IMG/VR virus record: IMGVR_UViG_3300043765_000088
Coordinates: 1 to 29,975 of that record
Direction: 5' to 3' (one strand)
DNA length: 29,975 bases
Source of the DNA: a virus
Lineage: Duplodnaviria > Caudoviricetes
Shown one piece after another: positions 18,605-26,570 of the stretch. How positions within the stretch are numbered: the first letter of the stretch is position 1; every line of letters starts with the position of its first letter. Below the pieces are notes generated by a model. That model was not told the DNA's origin and searched no databases. It saw only the letters and a program-made list of their open reading frames with translations. The translations under genes and the position numbers were made by a program.

Positions 18605-19771
18605 TTAACTGGTCGGGCAAGCCGACATATCCAGGAACGTGTCGCACCGTAGGTGCCTGATCACGTAAGCAAACGATGGAATAACCGGCTTAGTTGCCTG
18701 CATGAAGATGGCACGGAAAAATCCAATCGTACCATCCGGGTTATCGGTCTGGTGTGGGATATTGAGCCACTTAAATTCTCCTCGGTAACTTACCGGATCG
18801 AACTTGGTGTTCCCACCTGGAGCCGTAATCGGCGCCGGAACCAGGCTGATCATGACGTCATTGTGGAAAATGATCGAATCAGTATATAAAGCCTGCTCGT
18901 AGTTGGGATCAATTACTGCCTTGTTCCCTTGGGTTGCAGCCTGATTTACATACGGATATTGCCGTACCCAAGCACCACCGGTAAAATTCCAGCGTGCCGG
19001 AAGATCGTCGACAATATGGAAGAAACCGGCATACGAACGCTCAACTCCCAGGGGAGAGAGCAACTCGTTTACACGTGAACTGAACCGGAAATCCTGCCGA
19101 ACATCTTCATTGGCTTTAATGATGTTCTCACTGGATTCAGCATCGGTAATCAGGCCGTAAACAGGCCGGCCATTTTCGCGATCCAGCGGATTCAATGAGC
19201 CACCATCACGGTTCAGCTTCATATAGAACTTGCGCAGGATACCCTGAGTCAAGGTTGCTGTTGGCACCGTAAGCGGGAACCCACCACCAGCACCATCTGG
19301 GAAACCGGCAGCAGCAATGATCTGGTGACCGGCAATCCGGGTATATTCATCCCGGTAACGGTTGATCCAAGCATACGCACTATTCTCAGTCAGTACGTAC
19401 ATCATGTTGGTCAACTGCTCTTTACGCTTGAAAGCGACTCGCAAGTCATTGACACAGAGAGCCGGGCTTTGCAGAGCATAATGCTGCAGCTGGTATTGGA
19501 GCAAAGTTTGCGCGTAATCGACCTCAGAAGTGGGCGGTAAACAGGTACCACCAGTCGTTCCAGTCGAAACGCCGACATTAACCCAGGCTAGCGGGTAAGC
19601 TGGCAGGGATCGTTCATAGGTCAGAACCGAGATGATCTGGCCCATTTCCTCGGGAAACTCTTCTTGTTTAACGAGCTTCAGCCAAGGCGACATATTGAGC
19701 GTACGCCGGTAGATATCCGGCCCGATACGCCCAGATTCCAGGATTAGCTGTTCCTGAATTGTATAAGGCAT
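18605..19771 (-). CDS. Major capsid protein (HK97-fold expected), 388 aa
   Basis: Size, position downstream of portal and scaffold, long leader upstream and hairpin downstream; LG....Y.GF.H..D P-domain-like segment. Start placed at ATG 19771 (MPYTIQ) rather than the TTG at 19834. Confidence 0.8.
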   Translation of the reverse strand: MPYTIQEQLILESGRIGPDIYRRTLNMSPWLKLVKQEEFPEEMGQIISVLTYERSLPAYPLAWVNVGVSTGTTGGTCLPPTSEVDYAQTLLQYQLQHYALQSPALCVNDLRVAFKRKEQLTNMMYVLTENSAYAWINRYRDEYTRIAGHQIIAAAGFPDGAGGGFPLTVPTATLTQGILRKFYMKLNRDGGSLNPLDRENGRPVYGLITDAESSENIIKANEDVRQDFRFSSRVNELLSPLGVERSYAGFFHIVDDLPARWNFTGGAWVRQYPYVNQAATQGNKAVIDPNYEQALYTDSIIFHNDVMISLVPAPITAPGGNTKFDPVSYRGEFKWLNIPHQTDNPDGTIGFFRAIFMQATKPVIPSFAYVIRHLRCDTFLDMSACPTS

Positions 19772-19950
19772 ACGTGTGACTTTCCAAGAGACAAAAGTGG
19801 ATCGAACGAGATCGGAGTTAAAGAGCCCGATCAACCGGCTCTGCCCGAGGAGGAATACAGGGGCTTACACTCGAGTTTTGGAAATGTCACCCAGTTTGGA
19901 CCGGCAGGGGGATCGCCGTAGGGTAAGAGTGCTAGCGTTATCCTAAAAAA
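19772..19950 (-). promoter_or_regulatory. Structured non-coding leader of the capsid gene
   Basis: Longest intergenic gap in the window (179 nt). GUGAC-A-UUUCCAA (19890-19878) pairs with UUGGAAA-GUCAC (19787-19776); internal hairpin AGAGCCGG-UUGA-UCGGGCUCU (19842-19822). Confidence 0.6.
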
Positions 19951-20151
19951 TCAAGGAGGAAGTGAGAGGACTGCAATGCCATCAGTACAATTGGGCAGAT
20001 GAAATTGAATCGAGTCGTTATCAATATGGAGCCGTTCACCATCATTCGAAGTCACGGTAACCAAACGGTCTGGCGCTCCCGGCATAAATTGTGGGGTTAC
20101 CAGGATCGAGTCACCAGCTTTGAGGGCAAGAGCCTGTTCGTGTGTGATCAT
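19951..20151 (-). CDS. Small hypothetical protein (~66 aa, beta-rich)
   Basis: ATG at 20151 (MITHEQ..), 2 nt after the upstream stop; LKAGDSILV..VTVTSNDGERLHI suggests a small SH3-like barrel (weak). Confidence 0.6.
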   Translation of the reverse strand: MITHEQALALKAGDSILVTPQFMPGAPDRLVTVTSNDGERLHIDNDSIQFHLPNCTDGIAVLSLPP

Positions 20152-20153
20152 AG

Positions 20154-21383
20154 TTACCAACCAGTATCAGCTTGCCACTGGCCTAAGCAATCGCACCATG
20201 CATTAGCAGAACCAGCGGCAGCAAGATGATAAGACTGTATCCCATAAATACTTACTCCATAACTGGATACAGCAAAATCACCTTCCAGATAAATTGAAGG
20301 CGGTGCCATTGTCCAACCAGTGGTAGATGCTGTCGGAACCTTTGCCATTGTTGGCTGAAATATGGCATTAGACAGAATCTCGGTACTTGAAGCTGCTCTG
20401 TTTTGACCAATCAAAGCATATTCTGTAGTCGTTGTTCCAAACTTGCAGTTACAACTCTTCTGGTAATATCGACGGCACTGATTCTCGTTGGTCGATATAT
20501 CTAGATCGACCAGATCATTGCAGTATGGTCCTGGCTCATACTGCACAAAGCCGATATCGAATGTGCTATTAACCGGAAGTGAAGCGAAATTGGTTTGTGT
20601 GGGTGAACCTAAAAAATTGCCAGCAACCCAGTTGCCAAGTGAGGGAGCCGTATAGGTTGAACCAGCCACTAAACAGACTCCAATGTTCAAATAAGTGCCC
20701 GCTGCACCAGAAAAACTGCCAGAGGAAGTAAAAACCGGAATATTTGGCAGGGGAACCAAGGTCCAAACATTAGCCGTACTCAAAGTCGCTTGTTGGACTA
20801 AACAATACGCATTTGTGCCATCACGAATTTGTACCCCAAAAGTAATTGGGGCTTGGCTAGAGCGGCAGACAACGGAGATACTAGTTGGACCACCCAGAAG
20901 TTCTCGATAACGCGGTCCTTCTACCCATTGCTGCATTCCAACAAGATCAGTAGCAGCCAAGGCCGCTTTCTGCGCGGTTAGCGTGAAGCGCAAGAAGCGT
21001 CCACTGATACAATAATTGGTGCCTGGAACAAAAACATTCCCAACAGTCGGCACCCAGCTTCCAGTTATTGGCGCACCTCCTATCCAGCCGTACCAGCGGT
21101 CTTGTATGTAGCCACTTACTGTAATGCCAGCGAACGCCAATCGCTGATCAACCTCGAATGTCGGGTTGCCAACGGTATTGTACCGATTGCTGGAAACAAA
21201 AATCTGACTGTCACTTCCATTCCTGGCTAGGTTCCCAGCATCAGTACTGATCCCAGGCGTAGGCGTAGCTGGCCCAGTTGCTCCGGTCGGCCCAACCACT
21301 CCCTGAATCCCTTGCGCCCCGCCGGGAGTGACAATCACTCCACTTGGAACATTCGTACCAGCTATGGCAATCGGGTTAGACAT
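20154..21383 (-). CDS. Short fibre: brief collagen plus ADTGW-type C-terminal putative receptor-binding domain
   Basis: GNPTFEVDQR..QDRW..FLRFTLTAQ..VEG...RELLGG..FDIGFVQYEPG..CRRYYQKS..ADTGW; ISTDAGNLARNGSD linker. Confidence 0.85.
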   Translation of the reverse strand: MSNPIAIAGTNVPSGVIVTPGGAQGIQGVVGPTGATGPATPTPGISTDAGNLARNGSDSQIFVSSNRYNTVGNPTFEVDQRLAFAGITVSGYIQDRWYGWIGGAPITGSWVPTVGNVFVPGTNYCISGRFLRFTLTAQKAALAATDLVGMQQWVEGPRYRELLGGPTSISVVCRSSQAPITFGVQIRDGTNAYCLVQQATLSTANVWTLVPLPNIPVFTSSGSFSGAAGTYLNIGVCLVAGSTYTAPSLGNWVAGNFLGSPTQTNFASLPVNSTFDIGFVQYEPGPYCNDLVDLDISTNENQCRRYYQKSCNCKFGTTTTEYALIGQNRAASSTEILSNAIFQPTMAKVPTASTTGWTMAPPSIYLEGDFAVSSYGVSIYGIQSYHLAAAGSANAWCDCLGQWQADTGW

Positions 21384-21386
21384 AAG

Positions 21387-22931
21387 TTACATACCCGTGT
21401 CTGCCGCCCAGGAAACGGCAACGTAGTCATTTGCTGCTGGGGTAACCGTTACAGAAATGCCGTGATTGCCTCTTGAGGTGATGCCCCAAGGTGTTTGACT
21501 TGAGACAGTGTAAGAAGCCCCAGAGGGCCAGCCATAAGCACCGTTAGCCGCTCCTGTACTTGGATTGAAATAACGTACTGTCGGTGTTTTAGCCATCTCT
21601 ACAGGCCACAGCATATTACCCATATTCCAGTTCCAGGTGCTGCCCATTGCGATATACGCACACCCAGATAGACCGGAAGTGGACCCTTCCCTCAGATTGT
21701 AGGCATAACTTTTTGCATAATAACGAAGGCATTCCTGGTAGTTTTGCGGAAAATTTTTATCAAGGAACGGCGTGCATTGGCTCCCTGGCTCATGCTGTAT
21801 AAACCCAATATCCAGCGTGGTATTGACCGGAAGCGCACAAAAATTGCCTTGTCCGGCAGCACCTATAAAATTCCCGTTCTGCCATGTGTCATTAGCTGGA
21901 GCCATGTATGTTGACCCACACATAAGCGTAATAGCCAAGTAGTAACCTCCTACTCCAGGCTGCAAAGACCATGTGGCACCAGGAGTCCAGATTGGCATGT
22001 TTGGCAGAGAAATTATAGTCCACACATTGGCCGTTGAAATAGAGGCTAACTTCGTTAAAGAGTGAGCAGATCCCGTATCTCGCAAGGCTAACCCAAAACT
22101 AATAGGGGCACTGCAACGAGCTAAAATGGAAAGAGAATGAACGCCTCCGATTAATTCGCGAAGGAAACAACCTTCAATTTGCTCCTGAATAAATATATAA
22201 TCACCGGCAGGCGGTGCTGTTTCCTGAGCAGTGACAGTAAGCCGCAGAAATTTGGAAGAAATACAGACACTCGTTCCTGGTATAATAACGCCCGTGGGTG
22301 ATGCATCAGTTACTTTCCAACCAACGCCAGCTCCGCCACTAGCAATGTAGTTCCAAGACCAACGATCTATGCCGAAAGTGCCGCTTGCTCCAGGACCTGC
22401 CCCAACCGTCCGAGCATCCACCTCAAAATTGGGATTTCCAATCACGTTTACGGCTCGAGTTCCCTGCACCACCGCCAAGCTGTGACAGGCGTTATCGCCG
22501 CCGATATAATCGGTCGAGTTGCCACTCAAGGTATTGACTAGGCCGGGAGTGGTGGTGCTGGCCGTAGGGATCGTTGGCGGTGCTGTAGGATTTAAAAGAG
22601 TTACATTATTCCCGTTAATTGCTGTAACCTGTAGAACTCCCGGTGAGCCGGCCCCACCGCCGCCGGCCTGATCGACATAAACTAACTCACCTATTGTAAC
22701 CCAGGCGACATTAACAAATGTAACTACTGTCGTTGACCCGACTGCCGGTACTGTAAACGCGCTGGATGTAGTGGTAAAAGCAGCTTGTCCGGTTATTCCT
22801 TGGATACCTTGATTACCCTGTGGTCCAACCGCACCTTGCACACCTTGCACACCCTGTGGTCCCTGATCACCGGCTGGTCCAATTAAACTGCCACTAGCTA
22901 CTACAGTACCAGGTTGTGATTGAACAAGCAT
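21387..22931 (-). CDS. Fibre: collagen, truncated module, linker, ADTG[WM]-type C-terminal domain
   Basis: Gly-X-Y run; GNPNFEVDAR..DRW..IEG..LRELIGG..LDIGFIQHEPG..CLRYYAKSY..ADTGM. Confidence 0.85.
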   Translation of the reverse strand: MLVQSQPGTVVASGSLIGPAGDQGPQGVQGVQGAVGPQGNQGIQGITGQAAFTTTSSAFTVPAVGSTTVVTFVNVAWVTIGELVYVDQAGGGGAGSPGVLQVTAINGNNVTLLNPTAPPTIPTASTTTPGLVNTLSGNSTDYIGGDNACHSLAVVQGTRAVNVIGNPNFEVDARTVGAGPGASGTFGIDRWSWNYIASGGAGVGWKVTDASPTGVIIPGTSVCISSKFLRLTVTAQETAPPAGDYIFIQEQIEGCFLRELIGGVHSLSILARCSAPISFGLALRDTGSAHSLTKLASISTANVWTIISLPNMPIWTPGATWSLQPGVGGYYLAITLMCGSTYMAPANDTWQNGNFIGAAGQGNFCALPVNTTLDIGFIQHEPGSQCTPFLDKNFPQNYQECLRYYAKSYAYNLREGSTSGLSGCAYIAMGSTWNWNMGNMLWPVEMAKTPTVRYFNPSTGAANGAYGWPSGASYTVSSQTPWGITSRGNHGISVTVTPAANDYVAVSWAADTGM

Positions 22932-22932
22932 G

Positions 22933-24942
22933 TCAGTACTTAATAATGTAGTTTACCACTACATAAGGAGGCATGTTGTTATGAGCATTTCCACTGCCAA
23001 CACTGGTTGAACTAGCTGATATTCCAGTACCAGCTGAGTAAATGCTTATTCCTGTAGCAGCGGCAGCCAGACCGCAAGCAGCAGCATAAAGACCACAACC
23101 TGATGCAGAATTATAACATCCAGTACCAGCTGCGGCAGAATTTATATTATTAACACCAATATTATATTGTAATGGAGCCGTTGCGGGCACTGCTTGGTTA
23201 GTAGCAGTATATCGAGGAGCAATAACATGAAGATGACTTGGATCATTAAAACCATGGTTATGCCCTGGATCACCATGGTTATGTCCTGGATCACCATGGT
23301 TATGCCCGGGATCATATACTGAATGAGCGTGCCCAGGATCACTAATATTAATTGTATGACTATGCGCAGCTAACTCGGCAATTGTCAGAGCATGCACAGC
23401 TTCACCACCAGTAGCTCCCAAGGCATAAGTAGTACTATTTGCTCCTAAAGGAAACGCCCCTTGCATGGGCGGCAAATTAAAAGTAGTAGATCCATCTCCA
23501 ACGCCATAGGTAGTTCCAATTACCTGGTAAAGTCCGACGAAAGTTGTTCGGCTTTGGGCGCTGCCATCACAAATTAACCAGCCACTTGGTGCCACACTTC
23601 CGCCAAACATCTGGATTGAGCCAACCGGACAAGCTGCTCCAGCACCAGCATTCACTGGTGGATTTTGCAAAGTAAGCTGGTTACCGGTTTTAGCCGTAAC
23701 CTGCATCGCACCGGCCTGAGCGGCACTGCCACCAGCTGTGGCGACATCGACAATCTGACCAACTACAACCCAGCTGGCATCAGCTATTGTGACTGTAACT
23801 GTCTGCCCAACTGGTGGAATCGTAAAACTGGCAGTTGTCGGAGCCCAGGAATTACCTCCTTGTGGTCCAGTTGCACCAGTTCCGCCAGTTGCACCTGTTG
23901 GTCCAGCTGGACCTGTATTTCCAATTGGCCCTTGTGCTCCAGTTGCCCCGGTATTTCCAATCGGTCCTTGTGCGCCAGTTGCTCCAGTCGGACCAGGGTT
24001 ACCTTGTAATCCCTGCGGCCCGGCTGGACCAGTTGCTCCTGTATCACCAGTTGGTCCCTGTGCTCCTTGAGCACCAGTCGCACCAGTCGCGCCGGTATTT
24101 CCAACTGGCCCTTGCGCGCCTGTAGCACCTGTCGGCCCAGCCGGACCTTGAGGTCCAGCCGGACCAGTACCTGTTAAAGTAGACCCACTGGGCGCAATTG
24201 ATCCGGGTGCTTCGTTAACGGCATAACCGAGGTTATCAAGAGTAAGTTGGTTTGCGCCAGTATTAACTGCTGTGATCGAAAGGTATCCAATAGGCGAGAT
24301 ATAGACGATCCCACCTACATTGAACTGAGCCGCACCGCCGCTGGCAACATTGGCCACCGCTGTCGCATTGACAGCCGGCAATGTAAAAGCACTGGTAAGC
24401 GTCGTATAGGCACTAGCTCCACCTGGTGGTCCTTGAGGCCCAGTTGCACCTTGTGGCCCAGTTGGCCCAGTATTTCCAACCGGGCCTTGCGGTCCAGTTG
24501 CCCCAGTTGGACCAGCTGGACCCGCTGGTCCGGTTGGTCCAGCCGGTCCGCCCGGATCTCCCGGCGGTCCTTGTGGCCCAGTTGGCCCTACTGGACCGGT
24601 ATTACCGGGAGGAATCGATTCCCATTCAGCATTCTGACGCCCATAAACCTTGCCATCAGTTGGCGCCTCTGGAATCCCACCACCAGTCCCACCACCGCCT
24701 TTAATGACTTGCGCTGCAGTTAGTAACGCCGCTGCTTCAAAATCGATATTCTTCTCGCCGTAAGCGTAATACTCTCCAAAAAGCTTGAGTACACTTGGAT
24801 CAATCGCGCCACCATCTTTATCAATTTGCGCGAGAGTAAGAGTCGCTGCCGTTTCCGAATTCCAGTTGCCCTCTCCTTGGGCTAAGTAATCCTTAAACAG
24901 CTGGAGCGTTGCTGGATCAATGTCTGGATAGGTTAGCGGCAT
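22933..24942 (-). CDS. Collagen fibre with duplicated N-terminal helical domain, two modules and C-terminal tail-collar/HxH needle
   Basis: Two long Gly-X-Y tracts; [51 protein letters not shown] collar motif; HxH repeats; ends [16 protein letters not shown]. Confidence 0.9.
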   Translation of the reverse strand: MPLTYPDIDPATLQLFKDYLAQGEGNWNSETAATLTLAQIDKDGGAIDPSVLKLFGEYYAYGEKNIDFEAAALLTAAQVIKGGGGTGGGIPEAPTDGKVYGRQNAEWESIPPGNTGPVGPTGPQGPPGDPGGPAGPTGPAGPAGPTGATGPQGPVGNTGPTGPQGATGPQGPPGGASAYTTLTSAFTLPAVNATAVANVASGGAAQFNVGGIVYISPIGYLSITAVNTGANQLTLDNLGYAVNEAPGSIAPSGSTLTGTGPAGPQGPAGPTGATGAQGPVGNTGATGATGAQGAQGPTGDTGATGPAGPQGLQGNPGPTGATGAQGPIGNTGATGAQGPIGNTGPAGPTGATGGTGATGPQGGNSWAPTTASFTIPPVGQTVTVTIADASWVVVGQIVDVATAGGSAAQAGAMQVTAKTGNQLTLQNPPVNAGAGAACPVGSIQMFGGSVAPSGWLICDGSAQSRTTFVGLYQVIGTTYGVGDGSTTFNLPPMQGAFPLGANSTTYALGATGGEAVHALTIAELAAHSHTINISDPGHAHSVYDPGHNHGDPGHNHGDPGHNHGFNDPSHLHVIAPRYTATNQAVPATAPLQYNIGVNNINSAAAGTGCYNSASGCGLYAAACGLAAAATGISIYSAGTGISASSTSVGSGNAHNNMPPYVVVNYIIKY
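23252..23314. repeat. Three tandem 21-bp coding repeats (DPGHNHG)
   Basis: ccatggttatgccctggatca / ccatggttatgtcctggatca / ccatggttatgcccgggatca. Confidence 0.9.
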
Positions 24943-24957
24943 GTTCCACGTGGAACA
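24942..24957. promoter_or_regulatory. parS: parS-like 16-bp perfect palindrome
   Basis: TGTTCCACGTGGAACA matches the bacterial chromosomal parS consensus TGTTNCACGTGNAACA and occupies almost the whole 18-nt spacer between the scaffold and fibre genes. Confidence 0.75.
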
Positions 24958-24960
24958 CTT

Positions 24961-26274
24961 TTACCGAGCCTTCATTTTAGCTTCAATTGCGTCAATGAAC
25001 GATGTTTCATCGGAAACTCGTGGTGCCATAGGTTCTGTACCAGCACCGGAATTACCGCCACCAGCACCTGGAGTAACACCCTGGTAACGCTTGAGCGCAT
25101 TTGCTGCTTCGGTATACATATTCCAAAGTTGAGAAATTGCGACGCATGCACGAGGAAGCAATGCAGCTTGAACTAAAATCTTAGCTTTATTAACCGAATC
25201 CATTGAAGAAAGATCGGTTTGAGCTACCAATTGTCTAGATTCATTAAGCGAGTTGTTCCAGTCATCATTCCCTTTCATCGGCCTGGCCAGGTAAAGTGAT
25301 TCACCTAAATTATCCCAGGCTTTATTTAAGGCCTGACCCCATTCTGTTTTTGTTGCCGCACTCTTTGCTTCTGTATCCGCATTACGCTTGGCCTCGATGT
25401 AATCGAGAGCCTGTTTAACGTCCTTGTGCAAGACGTCTCGCTTGCGAGCGATTTCAGCCGCCGCATCGGCGACCTTGAAAAGGTTGAGCTTGTCCCGGTC
25501 ATTAAATGTTTCAGTGACCTGTGCTAAAAGTTCGCTTTGCTTATCCGGATCGGGCTCAATAATCGCACGTCGAACCTGGTGATCGTTTAGACTGTACTTA
25601 GAGCTGAGACGATTAATCTCGTGGTTAATTCCTTCTAAAGGCCTGGTAACAGCTGCTTTATACTCAGGTGTAGCCTCTAGCTTGGCCAGGCGAAGCTCCT
25701 GGTTGAGCGTATCCCGTTCATTGGTTAGACGATTGAACTCGTCTGTCCCCATTGGAGTCTTGCCATCAAACTCCTGTAATTTTAGCTGAGCTTCTTTGAG
25801 CCTGGATTCAGCTTCTTTAAACTTAGTAGTGAGTTCTGCATTCTGATCCCAAAGCGCCTTATTACTTTTGCGCATTCCAGCGAATGCTTGCTCAACCTGT
25901 GGAGTAACTTTACCTGGTAATTTCTCTGGAAAGTGTTCTGGTGGAGGTATTTCTGGTGCTTTTTCCTTTGGCTCAGGCGTCGACACAACCTTGGTTGCCA
26001 CTTCCTGACCAAAAGCGAGCTTGGAAAAGTCAGGAATTAGCTGATTTTTGTCACCTTCAGCCGGCTTTTGGTCAGGTTTTGGCTCAATTTTGTCAGGTTT
26101 TGACTCTGAAATGGCAGGTTCCGGTGGCGTTTCGGCCTGTGTTTCCTGCCTTAACTCCCCAATAGCCGGCATTTTGGGGTTCTCTTTAAGCGCAGCGCCG
26201 ATTGAATCGGACATAAAGTCCTCAAATCGTTGCGGTGGAGGTTCTTTTACAGGAGCTTCAGCTGTTTCACTCAT
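24961..26274 (-). CDS. Capsid scaffolding protein (putative)
   Basis: Pro/Glu/Lys-rich disordered N-terminus, long coiled coil, Gly-rich linker and short basic C-terminal helix; lies between portal and capsid. Confidence 0.75.
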   Translation of the reverse strand: MSETAEAPVKEPPPQRFEDFMSDSIGAALKENPKMPAIGELRQETQAETPPEPAISESKPDKIEPKPDQKPAEGDKNQLIPDFSKLAFGQEVATKVVSTPEPKEKAPEIPPPEHFPEKLPGKVTPQVEQAFAGMRKSNKALWDQNAELTTKFKEAESRLKEAQLKLQEFDGKTPMGTDEFNRLTNERDTLNQELRLAKLEATPEYKAAVTRPLEGINHEINRLSSKYSLNDHQVRRAIIEPDPDKQSELLAQVTETFNDRDKLNLFKVADAAAEIARKRDVLHKDVKQALDYIEAKRNADTEAKSAATKTEWGQALNKAWDNLGESLYLARPMKGNDDWNNSLNESRQLVAQTDLSSMDSVNKAKILVQAALLPRACVAISQLWNMYTEAANALKRYQGVTPGAGGGNSGAGTEPMAPRVSDETSFIDAIEAKMKAR

Positions 26275-26570
26275 GGTTTTACTGGTCCAGGTGGCAGTTT
26301 TATCTCTTCTTCATCCCGTTCCCACGGCTTTTTAAGGGCTTTTGGAGGCTCAGGAACAGGTTGAGCAAGACCACGAAAGCTGCGAATGGCACTAAATACA
26401 CCTTCCCTAAACTGATTCTGCAGGGCATTAACCTCAGTTGATGTTGGTGGGGTTCGAACACTGGATGCTTCTTCCATCACCACATTACAAGCGATCTGAA
26501 AGATCTCCTGAGCAACCACTTGGCGCCAGGGACCATCAAGACTTCGGGTATACCATTCACGATAAGTCAC
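26271..26570 (-). CDS. Small protein between portal and scaffold (99 aa)
   Basis: ATGA overlaps on both sides; the helical A....FREG motif resembles small head-assembly proteins commonly found at this position. Confidence 0.7.
   Translation of the reverse strand: MTYREWYTRSLDGPWRQVVAQEIFQIACNVVMEEASSVRTPPTSTEVNALQNQFREGVFSAIRSFRGLAQPVPEPPKALKKPWERDEEEIKLPPGPVKP

Noticed and set aside
18258-18647. -1 frame ORF overlapping the capsid end, as a possible T7 10B-like frameshift extension
   Set aside because: No X XXY YYZ slippery heptamer near the capsid stop, and the product looks like the shadow of the better-supported 18262..18537 gene.
19066-19082. gtttacacgtgaac as a second parS-like site inside the capsid gene
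   Set aside because: Only the CACGTG core and part of one arm match; several mismatches to the consensus and fully explained by coding sequence.
19772-19834. 21-aa N-terminal extension of the capsid ORF from TTG 19834
   Set aside because: It lies within the structured leader; the ATG at 19771 with an upstream purine tract is the more plausible start. The extensions to 9015, 20160 and 798 were likewise trimmed to coupled starts.
19920-19956. Possible sigma70 promoter (TTGATT ... TAGCAC/CACTCT) upstream of the capsid leader
   Set aside because: The -10 match and spacing are poor; not supportable without transcript data.
1056-22931. Diversity-generating retroelement acting on the three ADTG[WM]-ending genes
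   Set aside because: No reverse transcriptase and no near-identical template/variable repeat pair with adenine-specific mismatches seen; the 3' ends are broadly diverged. A DGR elsewhere in the genome cannot be excluded.
23252-23314. Short direct repeats as a possible CRISPR array
   Set aside because: Contiguous in-frame coding repeats with no unique spacers.
19951-24960. Fibre cassette as an invertible or mobile element
   Set aside because: No recombinase or transposase, all genes are co-oriented, and no flanking direct or inverted repeats were seen at the two ends.
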